Shown here one piece after another: positions 1 through 12,288 of a stretch of 64,000 bases of DNA. The notes below the pieces were generated by a model. It was given only the letters and a program-made list of their open reading frames with translations. It did no database searches and was not told the DNA's origin. A program made the translations under genes and the position numbers. Origin of the DNA: Sminthopsis crassicaudata (Eukaryota); contig NC_133617.1 in assembly GCF_048593235.1 (NCBI RefSeq), forward strand, positions 78,514,937 through 78,578,936. The letters run 5' to 3'. The first letter of the stretch is position 1, and each line of letters opens with the position of its first letter.

Positions 1-2119
1 AAAATGACTCCTGATTTAAAAAAAAAAAAATTTTTTTTTTTTCCAAATCAGATCTGAGTCTAATGTGTTTTCTAGGTTTTTGTGGAAGAGTGAAGCTGTG
101 CTCTAAAACTTAGCTCCTGTGTAGTCATTCATTTTTTCTTTTATTCACTCTTTCATATCTTCTTCATTTCCATGTAGATTAATAAGTTCCATTTCCATAG
201 CAATTTAAAGTTCACAAAATACTTTTTTCATAGCTTGAAGTTGGTTGTACTTACCATTCAGTTATCTTCTTTTTACACATAAATTCAGGCTCTAAGAGGG
301 TAAAGGGCTAGAATGATCAAATAACTATTAAGTATAAGAAACAGGATTTTCAAAGTCTTTTGATTTTTGTCCGGGTACTCTTTCATTCTAGAAAAACTTA
401 TTCTAGTCTATTTGTATGCTTCTGCTGCTTCTAGGTCTGAGCCTGTTAGTTGAGAAAGGAATCTAAGCTGCTCAAAACCAACTGCCTGGATCAGGACTGC
501 TAGTTTATTTTTATTTTTTTTTAACATCCAAGGGCTTATTGGAAACAAAACTCTAAACCCCAAATAAGGGTGCAGTAAATGAACAACCTCAGGATGAGTA
601 AAATGTAAACTTTTAATACATTCCTACAAGAAGCAGATGTGAAAATTCAAATTGAGCTTTCTTACATACCTTACTAAAGCAAGAGCATAGCCTTTTATCC
701 TTTATCAAAGCTGCCAAGTCCCTTTCCCATTTCCTCCTAGGGAGGAGAAGTTAATATTTATGAAGCAATTAAGCATAAATATACTAGCCAAGCTAGATAA
801 CTAGTTCTGACCAGTTTTACCTAATTTCAGCTGGTTTTAGGAGCTCTCCTGCTCCCCTACTCTGGACTTCTGTTGATTCCAGACTTCTGGTTTTCCTCTG
901 CTATGAGAACATATCTATTTATTGTTTTTCACAGTCCAGATGATCAGTTGATCCACAACTAAGACATAGATGCTATTGGATCATGCCAGACAGAACTTTT
1001 GTATCTTTAACTACATATTCAAGCTTCCAGTGGGCTAACAGAGCAGCCTTCTATCCTGTCTCCAAAATGCCACAGACTGGGGAACATCCGGAGACCTCCT
1101 GATTAATCTGGGTCTGCCATTTGTTCACAGTGTGATCTGGTGCAATTCACTTTACTTCTGAGACTCAGTTTCTTTTTTTCTAAAATGTGAACATGACCAA
1201 TCTCACAGTGTTGTGAGAAATATGCTTTGTAAACTTTAAAATGCTATGAAAAGTGATATTTTAAACTTAACATGTTTAATGCTAAATTCATTATCTGTTC
1301 CCCCTTATTCTTCTACTCTTCTAAAATTCCCTATTTCTCTTGAAGGAATCATCAAATGTCTCATGATCAGACTCATGATTTTGTAGTTTTCCTGGACTCC
1401 TCATGAAATCTTCATTGCTTCATTTGATTCTTGTAATTTCCCTTGGTTGTAGGAAGTCTACAATATAATTTGGGTTTCATATCTGCATAACTTAAGCTTT
1501 CAGCATCTCTTAGAGATAGGAATGTCTTCTCATAGTTACTTTACAAACAAAATATAAAAAGATGAACAAGGAAAATCTTTCTGAAAATAAGGAACAGCCT
1601 TAGTGCACCATACAACTACTTTGCATCAAGTTAATCGCAGCCCTCTCCCTCCTACCTTGTCCATAGACATTTGGTTGGTGCTTTGTATAGTTGGGCACAG
1701 TAGTTTCTTCATGGGCTGAGGTCACGTTACCTACTCCTACTGAGTTACTAAGGCATGTTCCTTAGTAACCCAATTGCCATACAGAGTTGGAGGTAGCACG
1801 AAATGAGACATATCCTCTGTCACCTGATTTCTAAGTAAGAGCTCAAAATTTCCCCCCAAATTTAACCTGCACAAGTGCTAGACTTAGTTTCAGAAAACCT
1901 AGAAAATTTTTGATACGATGTCCATCACCTTTTACCTCCCTGTCTGACTGAGACTGATCATGTTTACCTGGCTAACTCTGGCTTGGCCCCTTGTTCAGGT
2001 ATCTGGCTGAAACATGTAAGCCTATTTTCCATTGGCCAGGGTCAGGGGAAAAGTGGGCTGGTTGAAGTAAAAGAATAAGCATTTATTTTATGTGCTAAGC
2101 TATTTAGTCAGTCAATCAG

Positions 2120-2345
2120 TAAGCATTTATTTCGTAACTTTGTATCATTATCTCATTTGAGCCTAACAAATACGTGCTGTTTATTATGATTCTCATTTTA
2201 GAGGGGGAAGAAACTGATGCAGACAAAGGATAAATGACTTGCCTTGGGTCACACGGCTTAATACGTGTCTGAGGCTGCCTTTGAACTTGGGTCTTCCTGA
2301 CTCCATGCCTAACATTTTATCAATCACACTATGTGGTTGCCATTG
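2120..2345 (-). mobile_element. MAR1/MIR-type CORE-SINE
   Basis: CORE-like segment ctcattttagagggggaagaaactgatgcagacaaaggataaatgacttgccttgggtcacac, followed by antisense tRNA-like head (tttgaacttgggtcttcctgactcc). Boundaries approximate. Confidence 0.75.
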
Positions 2346-2655
2346 GGTAGTCAGTCATCTAGCATTTATCAAGGCTATGCTATGTGTCAGGCAGTGTGCT
2401 AATGCACTGCTGTATACACTGGCCATCCTCCTATGTCTGTAGTGTTCTCCCTCCTCCTCTCTGGCTCCTGGGTACCTGGGCTTCTTTCCAGTCTCAAATA
2501 AAATCCTACTTTTTGTAGGAGGACAAGGAAACCTTAATTACAGTTGCTTTTTTCTGAGATGATGATCTTCATTTTATTCTGTATATAACCTGTTTATACA
2601 TAGTTACTTTATATGCTTGAACGCAGGAACTGGAGCGGGTTGTTGTTATTATTTT

Positions 2656-2658
<3 letters not shown>

Positions 2659-2688
<30 letters not shown>
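2659..2688. repeat. (AT)15 microsatellite
   Basis: Read directly from the sequence. Confidence 0.98.
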
Positions 2689-2691
<3 letters not shown>

Positions 2692-2769
2692 CAGTACTTA
2701 ACATACTGCCTAGAACATAATAACTGATTAACAGATGTTTATTGACTGACTGAGGATAAATTGGGGGTA

Positions 2770-5620
2770 GTCTCTGAGGGAAGGTAACAAGATTAATGAG
2801 GACAAAGAAAAGTTTCTTGCAGAAAGTGGAAATTTTGCTAAGACGAGTGTTCCAGGAATGAGGCATAGCCAATGAAAATGCTCAGATTCTAGGGACAAAG
2901 TGGTTTCTGCAAAGAATAACAGGGAGATAATTGCTCTGGGTCCCAATATACAAAGGGAGGGTAAGATATAAGGGAACTGGAAAGGTAGGAAAGGAATAGA
3001 TTATAAAAGGTTTTAAAAGGTGAACAAAAGATTTTTTATTTGATCCTGAAAATAGGGAGAGTCTGGATTTTTTTTTTTTGAACAGGAAGAGTGAATGATA
3101 TGGTATGATAAGACCTTCATTTTGGGAAGAGTAATTTGACAATTGTGAGTGGAAGATGACTTGCAGTGGGGAGAGAGATTTGAGTCAAGGAGTCAAATCA
3201 GTAGGTTCTGAAAGATTGAGGGCTTACACAAGGGTGGCTTGTAATGTTAGAGAAGAGAAGAGGAAATATATGAGAAATATTATGAATGTCGAAATGACAG
3301 GACTTGACAGCTGATTGTATATGGGGAGGGATAAGAGAGTGAGGAGTTGAGGTTGGCAACTAGGTTATGAGCCAGGGTGACTGGGAGGATGGTGATACCT
3401 TCCCTACATAGATAGGAAGAGGGACGGTTTGGGGAAAAAGCATGAGTTCAATTTTGAACATATTAAATTCAGCATATCTATGTGAGATCTTGTCAAAGAT
3501 GTTTAAAAGGTAGTTGAGAGAGTAGAAGTCAGCAGAGAGATTATGGCTAGCTGAGTAGTCATCTGATGATTGAAGTTCTAGGAACTGATGAGATCACTAA
3601 GTGAAATAATACAAAGAGAGATGAAAAAAGGGCCAGGGACAGAACCTTGGGGAGGACCCTCATGTTTAAGAACTGGGACCTGGATGAAGATTCAGCAAAA
3701 GAGACAAAGGAGAAATGGTCAGATAAGTAGGGAGAGAGCAGTATCATAAAAACCTAAACAGAAAATGGTATCAGTATGAAAAAGGTGATTGTATCAAAGC
3801 TAGAAATGTGATTCAGTGCATAGAACAGTAAATTTGAAATTAGAAAGACCTGTGTCAAATGCAGCCTCACACACTTACTAGTTGTGTATGACTCTGGAAT
3901 AATCACTTAAATTCTCTTTGCCTCAGGTTTTTCAACTATAAAATGGAGATAATAATAACACCCACTTTGGGGAGTTTTTGTGAGGATCATATGAGGTGAC
4001 ATTTGTAAAGCCCTTAACATAATGTTTGGCATATAATATATGCTTTATATATGCAAGATTGAGGGAAAAACCATTAGATTAATAATGATCAGATTATAGA
4101 TTAATCTGTTTCAGACAAGTGATAAATTCAGAAACTAGATTCTAAAGAGGTAAGAGAATGAGAGCAAAGGAAGTTGGAGCTATTTTAAATGACTTTTTCA
4201 TGGAGAGATATGGAAAGATAGCATGGATAAACTGATACAAATAGAGTTTTATAAGAGGGAAGAAGAGACTTGGGCATGTTTTTAGGCTATAGAGAAACAT
4301 TCAGTAGTCAGAGAGAGACTGAAAATTAGTGAGAGAGTAGGATGATAGAGGGGGCAATCTGTTGGAGAAGACAGGATGGATTTGGATCATTTGTGTTTGT
4401 AGAGGAATTTGTCTTGGCAAGGGGTAGAGCTACCTCTTCATGAAAATTTGGGATGAAGGAGATAGTTACAGAAAGCATTTTATTGCTCTGAGATACGGAA
4501 CTAGCAAAAAAAAAAAGGGGGGGGGAACTCACATTTTTCTGTGAAATATAAGGCAGAGATGATCAATTGTGATGGACATGGCTCTTTTCAACAATTAGAT
4601 GATTCCAGTCTAATTCCAATAGACTTGGGATGAAGAGAGCCATCTGAAATTGGACGATGGGGACTGAATGTGAATTACTACATAGTATTTTTACCTTTTT
4701 TATTATTGTTCGCCTTTTGTTTTCTTTATCTGTTTTTTTTTCCCTGTTTGATCTGATTTTTTCTTGTGCAGGATAATTGTGGAAATATGTATAGAATAAT
4801 TGCTCCTTATTGAATTACTTTCTGTCTAGAGGAGGTGGGGGGGAAGACAGGGTAAAAAATTTAGAACACAAGGTTTTGCAAGAGTGAATGTTGAAAACTA
4901 TCTTTGCATGTATTTTGAAAATGAAAAGCTATTATTAAAAGAAAGAAAGAAAGAAATATAAGAAAGAGTTCTCAGTTGAGAGTATAGAGGAAGGAGGAGA
5001 CATGGGAGGTTTAAGGGCATTGGAAGAGCTGCTGTGGAGAGTGGGATAGTGTGAGTTTATAAAGGAAGTGTCAAAGGATTATTTAGCAGCAATGAGGACC
5101 CAATTGAGATTTTGTAGCATAAATATGTAGGGGATTCAGTTGGCCTGATTTGTACTTTTTTCAACTTGGTTCAGTAGCACCAAGTTGAAGAGGAGTGAAG
5201 ACGGTATTTGGGTAATGCAAAGCCAGGCTTTGGAAGGGCAAGATTAAGTTAAGGAATTGGGAGATTAGGGTATTTTAAAGAGTACAGTATGTATTTGGAG
5301 TTTCCAGGTAGAAGAGCAAGGGCTGAATAGAGAAAGATTGTGGTCAAGCACTGAAGTCATTAAGTAATGGAAGCGTGTGTCCTAAAGATGCGTAAACAAT
5401 AGCTACCAGATTCTTATAAGGATGATAAATATGGATTGAGTGACCCTCAAGGTAGCTGTGATTACTGAGTGATGGAAGTATGGTGAGAACCCTGAAGTGG
5501 CAGTGTTGAATAAGGAGTAAGCAAACTCCCTGCCATGACCAGGGAATGGCAGTGAATACAGACAGTCTACTAGAGTCTAAAGTGTTTTATTCTTTGGAAG
5601 TATCTGTAGTTTTAGACATA
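2770..5620 (-). mobile_element. Long degraded L2 LINE fragment, interrupted by a MIR (~3790-4040) and an L1 3' fragment (4553-4952)
   Basis: Long purine-rich + strand with typical antisense L2 phrases (e.g. ggacttgacagctgattgtatatggggaggg; gatgagatcactaagtga). Recognised by pattern, not by alignment; ends approximate. Confidence 0.7.
4553..4952 (+). mobile_element. Older marsupial L1 3' UTR fragment
   Basis: L1 3' end sequence with (GAAA)n tail; 10-bp TSD gaaatataag at 4543-4552 and 4953-4962. Confidence 0.8.
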
Positions 5621-6435
5621 GACTTTCTTTTTGTTCCTCCTACCATTCCCACCCTTCTTTCATCTATTCCTTTCCAAATCTTTCCCTCTTTCTCTTCTCC
5701 CCTTCTTCCTCCCTTTCTTTTCACTGTCCCTCTTTGCTTTTTTTCCCTAGACAGTCTTTTATTTTACATCGAGCCAAGTATTTCTATAACCTTCCCCGGG
5801 GAAGGAGTGGGAAGGGAGGCTGGCTGGGTTACCTGATCAAATAGCCCTTAAAAGGAAGATATTGTGGCAGATTGGGTTCTTGGTCATAGTGTACCCTGAA
5901 CTTGAGAATCCACAATAAATATTCTGGAAGGATTCTATTTATATTCAACTTCTCTATCAAGAAAACATTTTTTTTACAAAGTACCTTCCTATTCAGATAT
6001 CATGTCCTGGCTAGACATGGAACAATAAGAGAAGACTAATTACTTTTCCCAGTGGCAAGACACTATCAACGCCCCAACATACACCAGGCCTACTAATAGA
6101 ATCTGTGTCAGCCCAGAAAGAACTTGGTAACCACTTGCTCATTTGTTCAGAGTTAATTTAACTATTTTTGAGGCAGTTGTACTTAATTTGTTTAGTATTT
6201 AGTAAGCACCATCTAGAAGTATTGTAGTTACAGCTGGTTTTCTAAATTGCTATAACTAGTCTTTAGCTTTTTGATTCTTGTATAGTATAGTTCTTTTGGA
6301 TAAATGTAATTTCAGTTTCTTTAGTCCTTGCATCTTAAATTATTACGGTCAGAGCCAATCAATCAACAAATACTTATTATTTATTATATTTGAGTTGCCG
6401 GGATTAAATATTTTTTTAAAAAAAGCAAGGTAGAG

Positions 6436-7190
6436 TTGGAGGGGATGTGGGAAAACTGGGACACTAATACATTGTTGGTGGAGCTGTGAAAGAATCCAGC
6501 CATTCTGGAGAGCAATTTGGAACTATGCCCAAAAAATTATCGGGCTGTGCATACCCTTTGACCCAGCATTGCTGTTATTGGGATTATATCCCAAAGAAAT
6601 ACTAAAGAGTGGAAAGGGACCTGTATGTGCCAAAATGTTTGTGGCAGCTCTTTTTGTTGTAGCTAGAAACTGGAAGTTGAATGGATGTCCATCAATTGGA
6701 GAATGGTTGGGTAAATTGTGGTATATGAAGGTTATGGAATATTATTGCTCTGTAAGAAATGACCAGCAGGAGGAATGCAGAGAGCCTTGGAGAGACTTAC
6801 ATCAACTGTTGCTGAGTGAAATGAGAAGAACCAGAAGATCACTGTACACTTCAACAACAATACTGTATGAGGATGTATTCTGATGGAAGTGGAAATCTTC
6901 AACATAAAGAAGATCCAACTCACTTCCAGTTGATCAATGATGGACAGAAATAACTATACCCAGAGAAGGAACACTGGGAAGCGAATGTAAATTGTTAGCA
7001 CTACTGTCTATTTACCCACGTTACTTATACCTTCGGAAGCTAATACTTAATGTGCAACAAGAAAATGGTATTTACACACATATATTGTATCTAGGTTATA
7101 TTGTAACACATGTAAAATGTATGGGATTACCTGCCATCGGGGGGAGGGAGTGGAGGGAGGGAGGGGATAATTTGGAAAAATGAATTAAAA
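6436..7190 (+). mobile_element. 5'-truncated young L1 (ORF2 C-terminus + 3' UTR), subfamily A
   Basis: ORF 6569-6883 is the L1 ORF2p C-terminus (..[39 protein letters not shown]). 18-bp TSD aaaaaaagcaaggtagag at 6418-6435 and 7191-7208. The A-tail begins about 17 nt earlier than in the 45.1 kb and 63 kb copies. Confidence 0.97.
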
Positions 7191-7559
7191 AAAAAAAGCA
7201 AGGTAGAGCTTGTCCTCTAGGAGTTTACATTATCCTGTGGGGAATAGAAAATGTTCATAGATGAGTAAAAAAAGAAACATAAACAGGTAAATAAGAGTCA
7301 ACATGGTATGCTACATAGAAACTGGCCTTAAATTCAAGAAGAGACTAGTTCAGGTCCCACTTCTGACTTGGATCAGCTAACTGTAAGTCAGGGAAATTCA
7401 CTTCACTCCCTCCATACTCCTGGTTGCTCTCAGTGACTGTGATGATCTACTTGGGTAAAAGGAGTTCCTCACCAGAGAATTTCCTATATAGTGAAATTAT
7501 GGGTTCTGGTTCTATCCCTATCCTTTAGCAAGTGACTGAGGCAGGCTGTGGAACGCTCG

Positions 7560-7720
7560 AAGCTAAGTCAGACATCACAGATGCCGAGGTCATCCTCTGC
7601 ATCTCCCACCACCTTCCCTTCTGTCTTGCAACTGGACTTTGAGAACTCTGCAAAAAAGTGTGGCAGATAGCTTTGTGCAGCTCTGTTTCACTTAAATCAG
7701 TCGGTTCCTCATCCTGTGAA
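7560..7720. mobile_element. Marsupial interspersed repeat fragment (MdoRep1/RTE-SINE-like)
   Basis: gctttgtgcagctctgtttcacttaaatc resembles the reverse complement of gaattggatttaaacaagggaggtctgggcagc at ~19430. Family name recalled from memory. Confidence 0.45.
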
Positions 7721-8649
7721 TGTTTTCAAAATAGAAGAACAAAAGTAAATCCTACCACAAAAGACAATCCTAAAGTTGATACCACTATTGTAGTGCAAAT
7801 GAGAATCAGAAAGTGATAGTTAAGTATCAACTTGAATAAACATTTATTAAACACTGTGCATATATGCATTCTTAGACATATAAATGGACTATATTTACAT
7901 AGGTGTTTATATACACATGTACATTTATTTATACTGAACACTGGAAGTGTAGTGGGAGTGATAGTTGTGGTGGGAGTGATGGTTGTGGCACAAAGGAAAA
8001 TAGAATATTATGTCTACCCTCAAGGAACTCACAGTCTATTATGGAGAATTGGTTATTTTATGAAATTATTAATGATGTAAGGTTGGGAGGGATTTTTCAC
8101 ATACTATATGACAGAGTCTGTATCCCAAAAGATCTCAGCATATCAGAATATGGGCCAAACCGTAAAAGATACTAATCTTGTTTTGGTCTAGGCCTATTAT
8201 TTCATTGGTATGTATAATTATTTAACTCTTCCTTTCAATTAATATCTACAATTGTTTATGTCTTAGAATGCTGCCTGGAGTAAAGTCATTGTGCATTAGA
8301 GATATAAAAAAATGGAGTGGGTCTAAGTAACTTAGACAGTAAGGAATCAGGAAAGATTTAGAGAGCACAAAGTAGGGAGAGTTTGAGAATTATGTATTTT
8401 AATGTTAATTTTGATGAGAATATATATATTTTTTGGAACTAGAGGTGAATCTTAGGCATCATCTAATTAAATCGTCCTCATAAATAATGTGGTTATTGCA
8501 TCGCTGTTGCTAATTTTTCCTGACTCTGCTTCTCTTCTGTTGTGTCTATGTATGGGAATCTAAGAGCTTAGTTTAGGCAGTTTTTTGAGACTGTTAAAAT
8601 AACCCTAGTGAACAAACTCAGAGCTTGGCACCATATTCTTAATGTTTAT

Positions 8650-8945
8650 TTGGCCAATTGCCAACTTAGCAAGTGATCCTGGTGAAAAGAGTATTGCCTT
8701 GGGACCATCCTGCATGGTGGTAACATCTGTGTCTGGCCTTTGGCCAGCCTCCTGCTGGCCACTGAGGGGATCCCCCAGCCTCTGATGACCAAGGTAGCAT
8801 CTGTGTCCTGGACCTGCCCTGTGCCTGCCCCGTGCTCAGGTGAAGATGTGGCATCCAGATGGCCACTGGCAGGTCTGAAAGGTCACAGCTGCTCACTCTG
8901 GGTGAGGGAAAAGAGGACAAGGTTAGTGAACCTGGCACAGGTGTT
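8650..8945. promoter_or_regulatory. Candidate enhancer (two full NFI sites, six E-boxes)
   Basis: TTGGC-N5-GCCAA at 8650-8664 and TGGC-N5-GCCA at 8734-8746. CANNTG at 8724, 8798, 8837, 8856, 8886, 8938. GC-rich non-repeat island. Confidence 0.5.
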
Positions 8946-9207
8946 AGAGCTGCCTATTTGAAGACATCAAAACTTCTTTATCTTTTTTTTTTTTTTTTTA
9001 ATTCTTTATATTTTGATTGCAGGAATTTAGCTTCCTGTAGCAAAATATAGTAGGCATTTCTGTGGGCACTCTTAGGGCAGTTACACTGTTATAAAGATTT
9101 TGTTCTTTTTATTTGTTTAACCAATTCGCTTACTTTCAGTGATTCTTTTTCTTTATTATAATGTGGTCTTGTACTAAATCTCACTGAGCTATTGTAATGG
9201 AAGTTCT

Positions 9208-11561
9208 TTTTTTAAAAAAAATCATTTTATTTGAAAAAAGAGATTAAGAAAAACAAAAGAAATACAAAACAAAAGAAAAGAAAAAATTGTCATGTGCCCA
9301 GCAGAACAAATTGCCAGATCAATAAAGTGTATATGGNNNNNNNNNNNNNNNNNNNNNNNNNNNNNNNNNNNNNNNNNNNNNNNNNNNNNNNNNNNNNNNN
9401 NNNNNNNNNNNNNNNNNNNNNNNNNNNNNNNNNNNNNNNNNNNNNNNNNNNNNNNNNNNNNNNNNNTATTCATGAATGTCTATTTTTTCTTCTTTGTAAA
9501 TTGTTCTTTTGTTCTCTGCTGTGTACTTTTACTTTATTTTTCCCAATTTTCATCCCCCTACCACTCTCAAGCAAGCTATAGTTAAGAAAAGATAATTTAT
9601 GTATTCATATATAGATACATACATAAACACACAAGCACCCCTATATCTTTCTTATCTCTGCTGACTTTTTGCTTTAATTTTTCACCATATCTTGTCCGGG
9701 CTATTATTACTTAATCTCCTCCCACCCCTTGTCTTCTTCCCTTACCCTCTGCTTCCCCATCTACCCATCCTTCCCCTCTTGTTTCTTTATAGATTTTGGA
9801 GAGTGCTGTACCCTTCACAGTATATATTGTAGTGTTGCTTATTAAACCCATTCCCAATGTGAGTAGGTTTTTAGAACTAGGAGCTCTCCTCCCACCTCTA
9901 ATGCCTCTGTGTCTATTCTTCCTTTGTACTTCATTTGTATTTCTTGGATTACTATTTTTACCTTAATTCTGCCAATTTTTCTTTTAAGCTACCCTATTGT
10001 TGATGTGACTAGTATACATTTCCCATGTTAAAAAAAAAAAAGTTTTGTCCATATTTAAATAATTTGTGCATATTGAATTCCTTGAAATTGATCTTTGATA
10101 TGGTAAATTTTCTGTTAAGTTCATCTTTGTCCTGAAAATCTGCAACATCTCTGAATGTCCTTTTTTTTTCTCATTCAAAATTATGTATAATTTTGCTGGA
10201 TACGATATTTTTGGCCACAAGTCTAGATCTTTTGAATGTCAATAGATAGGATTCTAGGACTTGTGGTTTTTTCATTGTAGCTGCTGCTAAATCTTACACA
10301 ATTCTAGTTGTAACTCCAGCATATTTGAATTATTTTCTTCTTATTTCTTGCAAAATTTTCTCTTTGATGTGGAGATTTGAAATTTGGCAATAATATTCCT
10401 ATGTGTTTTTCACAAAGGATCTCTTTGAGGTAGTGATTGGTGGATTTTTTTTTTTCCTATTTCTATTTCCTCTCATGTTCTGTCACTCCAATTTTCTTGG
10501 ATTATTTCCTGCATTATTGTGTCAAGGTTCTCTTTTTGGTCACAACTTTCAGGCAGTCCAATTATTCTTAATATTTTTCTCTTCTTGATCTCTTCTCCAG
10601 ATCTGGCATTTTTCTTATAAAATATTTCACATTCTGTTCTATTTTCTTATTTTTTATAATGTTTTGTTATTTCTTGGCCTCTTATAGCTTGATTGGCTTC
10701 CCCTTGCCCGGTTCCAATTTTCAAAGAATTATTTTCATCTTTGAGACTCTGTCTCCTTTTCTAGTTGGTTAACTTTTTTTAATAATCCTTTTGGATTTTT
10801 TGGATGGCTTTTATATATTTATTTATTTTTCAATGTCTCTAATTTGATTATTAAATTCTTTTTTTGAGTTCTACAAATTCTTTATGGACATGTTACTCTT
10901 TGGGGTAAAGGAAGCTTTTTTTACTTTATTGTCCTCTGAAGTCTTCCTATTCCCATAATAGGTTTCTATGGTGAGATTCTTTGTTCTTTGCAGGTTCATT
11001 TTTTTTTTTTAATAAGAGGTATTAATGTAAGTACCTGTAATTGTGGGGTGATGGGGAAATGGTATCAAGATTCCCTTCAGTTCTTCCCTCTGACCAGAAA
11101 CCTCAAACCAAGAACTGCCCCCTCCCACAAGTGCCCACAGTCAGTATGCCCTACCCTGCTGCTTCTGCATTCACCTAGTGATGGCCCCTTCCTGCCCAAG
11201 GCCTGTCTCAGCAGCACCTCTGGGCCTGATGTTCCCAATCAGCAGAGGTTCACTTGGTCTTTCTGGACTCAAACCCAGACTCCAAAAACAATCTGGGAGG
11301 TGAAAGTCTCTGTGGTTCCTACTGAAGTTCCAGTCACACCCAGCAAGCCTAAGGGGTCTCACTTGGTATTTTGGGGGAGTTGTTTGTACTTCACATGGGT
11401 TAATCCTGGCCTGAGGTATTTCTTCAGATCTTGTTGGGTTGTATCCCTGTTCTGCCCCAAATCTTCTTGATTTTTCACCAGTCTTGACTTGCCCTGATGT
11501 ACCAATTTGTTCTCTTTGTGGAGGAAATGTGGAAAGCTTGAAATTTACCAACCCTCCCTGC
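9208..11561 (-). mobile_element. Full-length ORF1-only L1-family element (HAL1-like)
   Basis: Perfect 15-bp TSD tgtaatggaagttct at 9193-9207 and 11562-11576. Minus-strand ORF1p motifs (RNIIAKFQ..HIKEKILQEIRRK*FKYAG..DLAAAT near 10270-10400; WPKISYPAKL in ORF 9984-10220). AATAAA and A-tail at the 9.21-9.23 kb end. No ORF2 visible. Confidence 0.75.
9337..9466. other. Assembly gap (130 N)
   Basis: Run of N. Confidence 1.
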
Positions 11562-12136
11562 TGTAATGGAAGTTCTAAGGAAACAGCAAAGCACTATAGA
11601 AATTTGACCTATTATTATCATTATCACAAGATTAAAAAAAAAATGAAGTGATTTGCCCAAGATCATAGTCAATAACAAATATGGAGCAGAAATCAGAGCT
11701 GGAACCTAGGCCTTTGTGGTTTTTGCTGGTACTTCCCAGCTATCTCTGTGAAAGATAAACCTATGTGGAGTATGAGTAGAACTGAATTAACTACATAGAC
11801 TAAATATGGAGAAACTGCCTTTAAGAAAAACATAAAACTCAAGGTTTAGGCATTCAGTGCAGAGGAGTCTCTGAAAATTGAAATGAGAACAAGAGGGTTC
11901 ACAAATGGGAAAGAGGAAAACGTGGTCCTTATGTAATTTCAAGAAAAAAGTTATTAAAGAGAAACTATTTATTAAAGAGAAACAGAATCATAATTCTTAG
12001 ATTAGAAGGGACTTTTAAAATCATTGTTATCCAAATTCCCACTTACCTACACAATCACAAATTTGAGAAAATAATTAAAAAATTACTGTGGCATATTAAA
12101 TCTAATGGATTATTATTTTATCTTAAGAAATAACAT

Positions 12137-12288
12137 AGGGGCAGCTAGGTGGCACAGTGGATAGAGCACCAGCCTTGAATTCAGGAGGACCCGAGTTCAA
12201 ATATGGTCTCAGACACTTAATACTTCCTAATTGTGTGACCCTGGGCAAGTCACTTAACACCAGCCTCAAAAAAAAAAAAAAAGAAAAA
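12137..12288 (+). mobile_element. WSINE1-type tRNA-derived SINE
   Basis: ggggcagctaggtggcacagtggatagagcaccagccttgaattcaggaggacccgagttcaaat (A/B boxes), A-tail, and perfect 12-bp TSD aagaaataacat at 12125-12136 and 12289-12300. Confidence 0.93.

Noticed and set aside
9222-9585. ORFs spanning N-gaps (also 14948-15337 and 38018-38321)
   Set aside because: Open only because N codons contain no stops.
10988-11651. Overlapping 160-, 126- and 70-aa ORFs
   Set aside because: Lie mostly in the GC-richer 5' UTR of the HAL1-like element; no homology recognised.
12137-12288. tRNA-like A/B boxes
   Set aside because: These are SINE heads with CORE body, A-tail and TSD, not tRNA genes.
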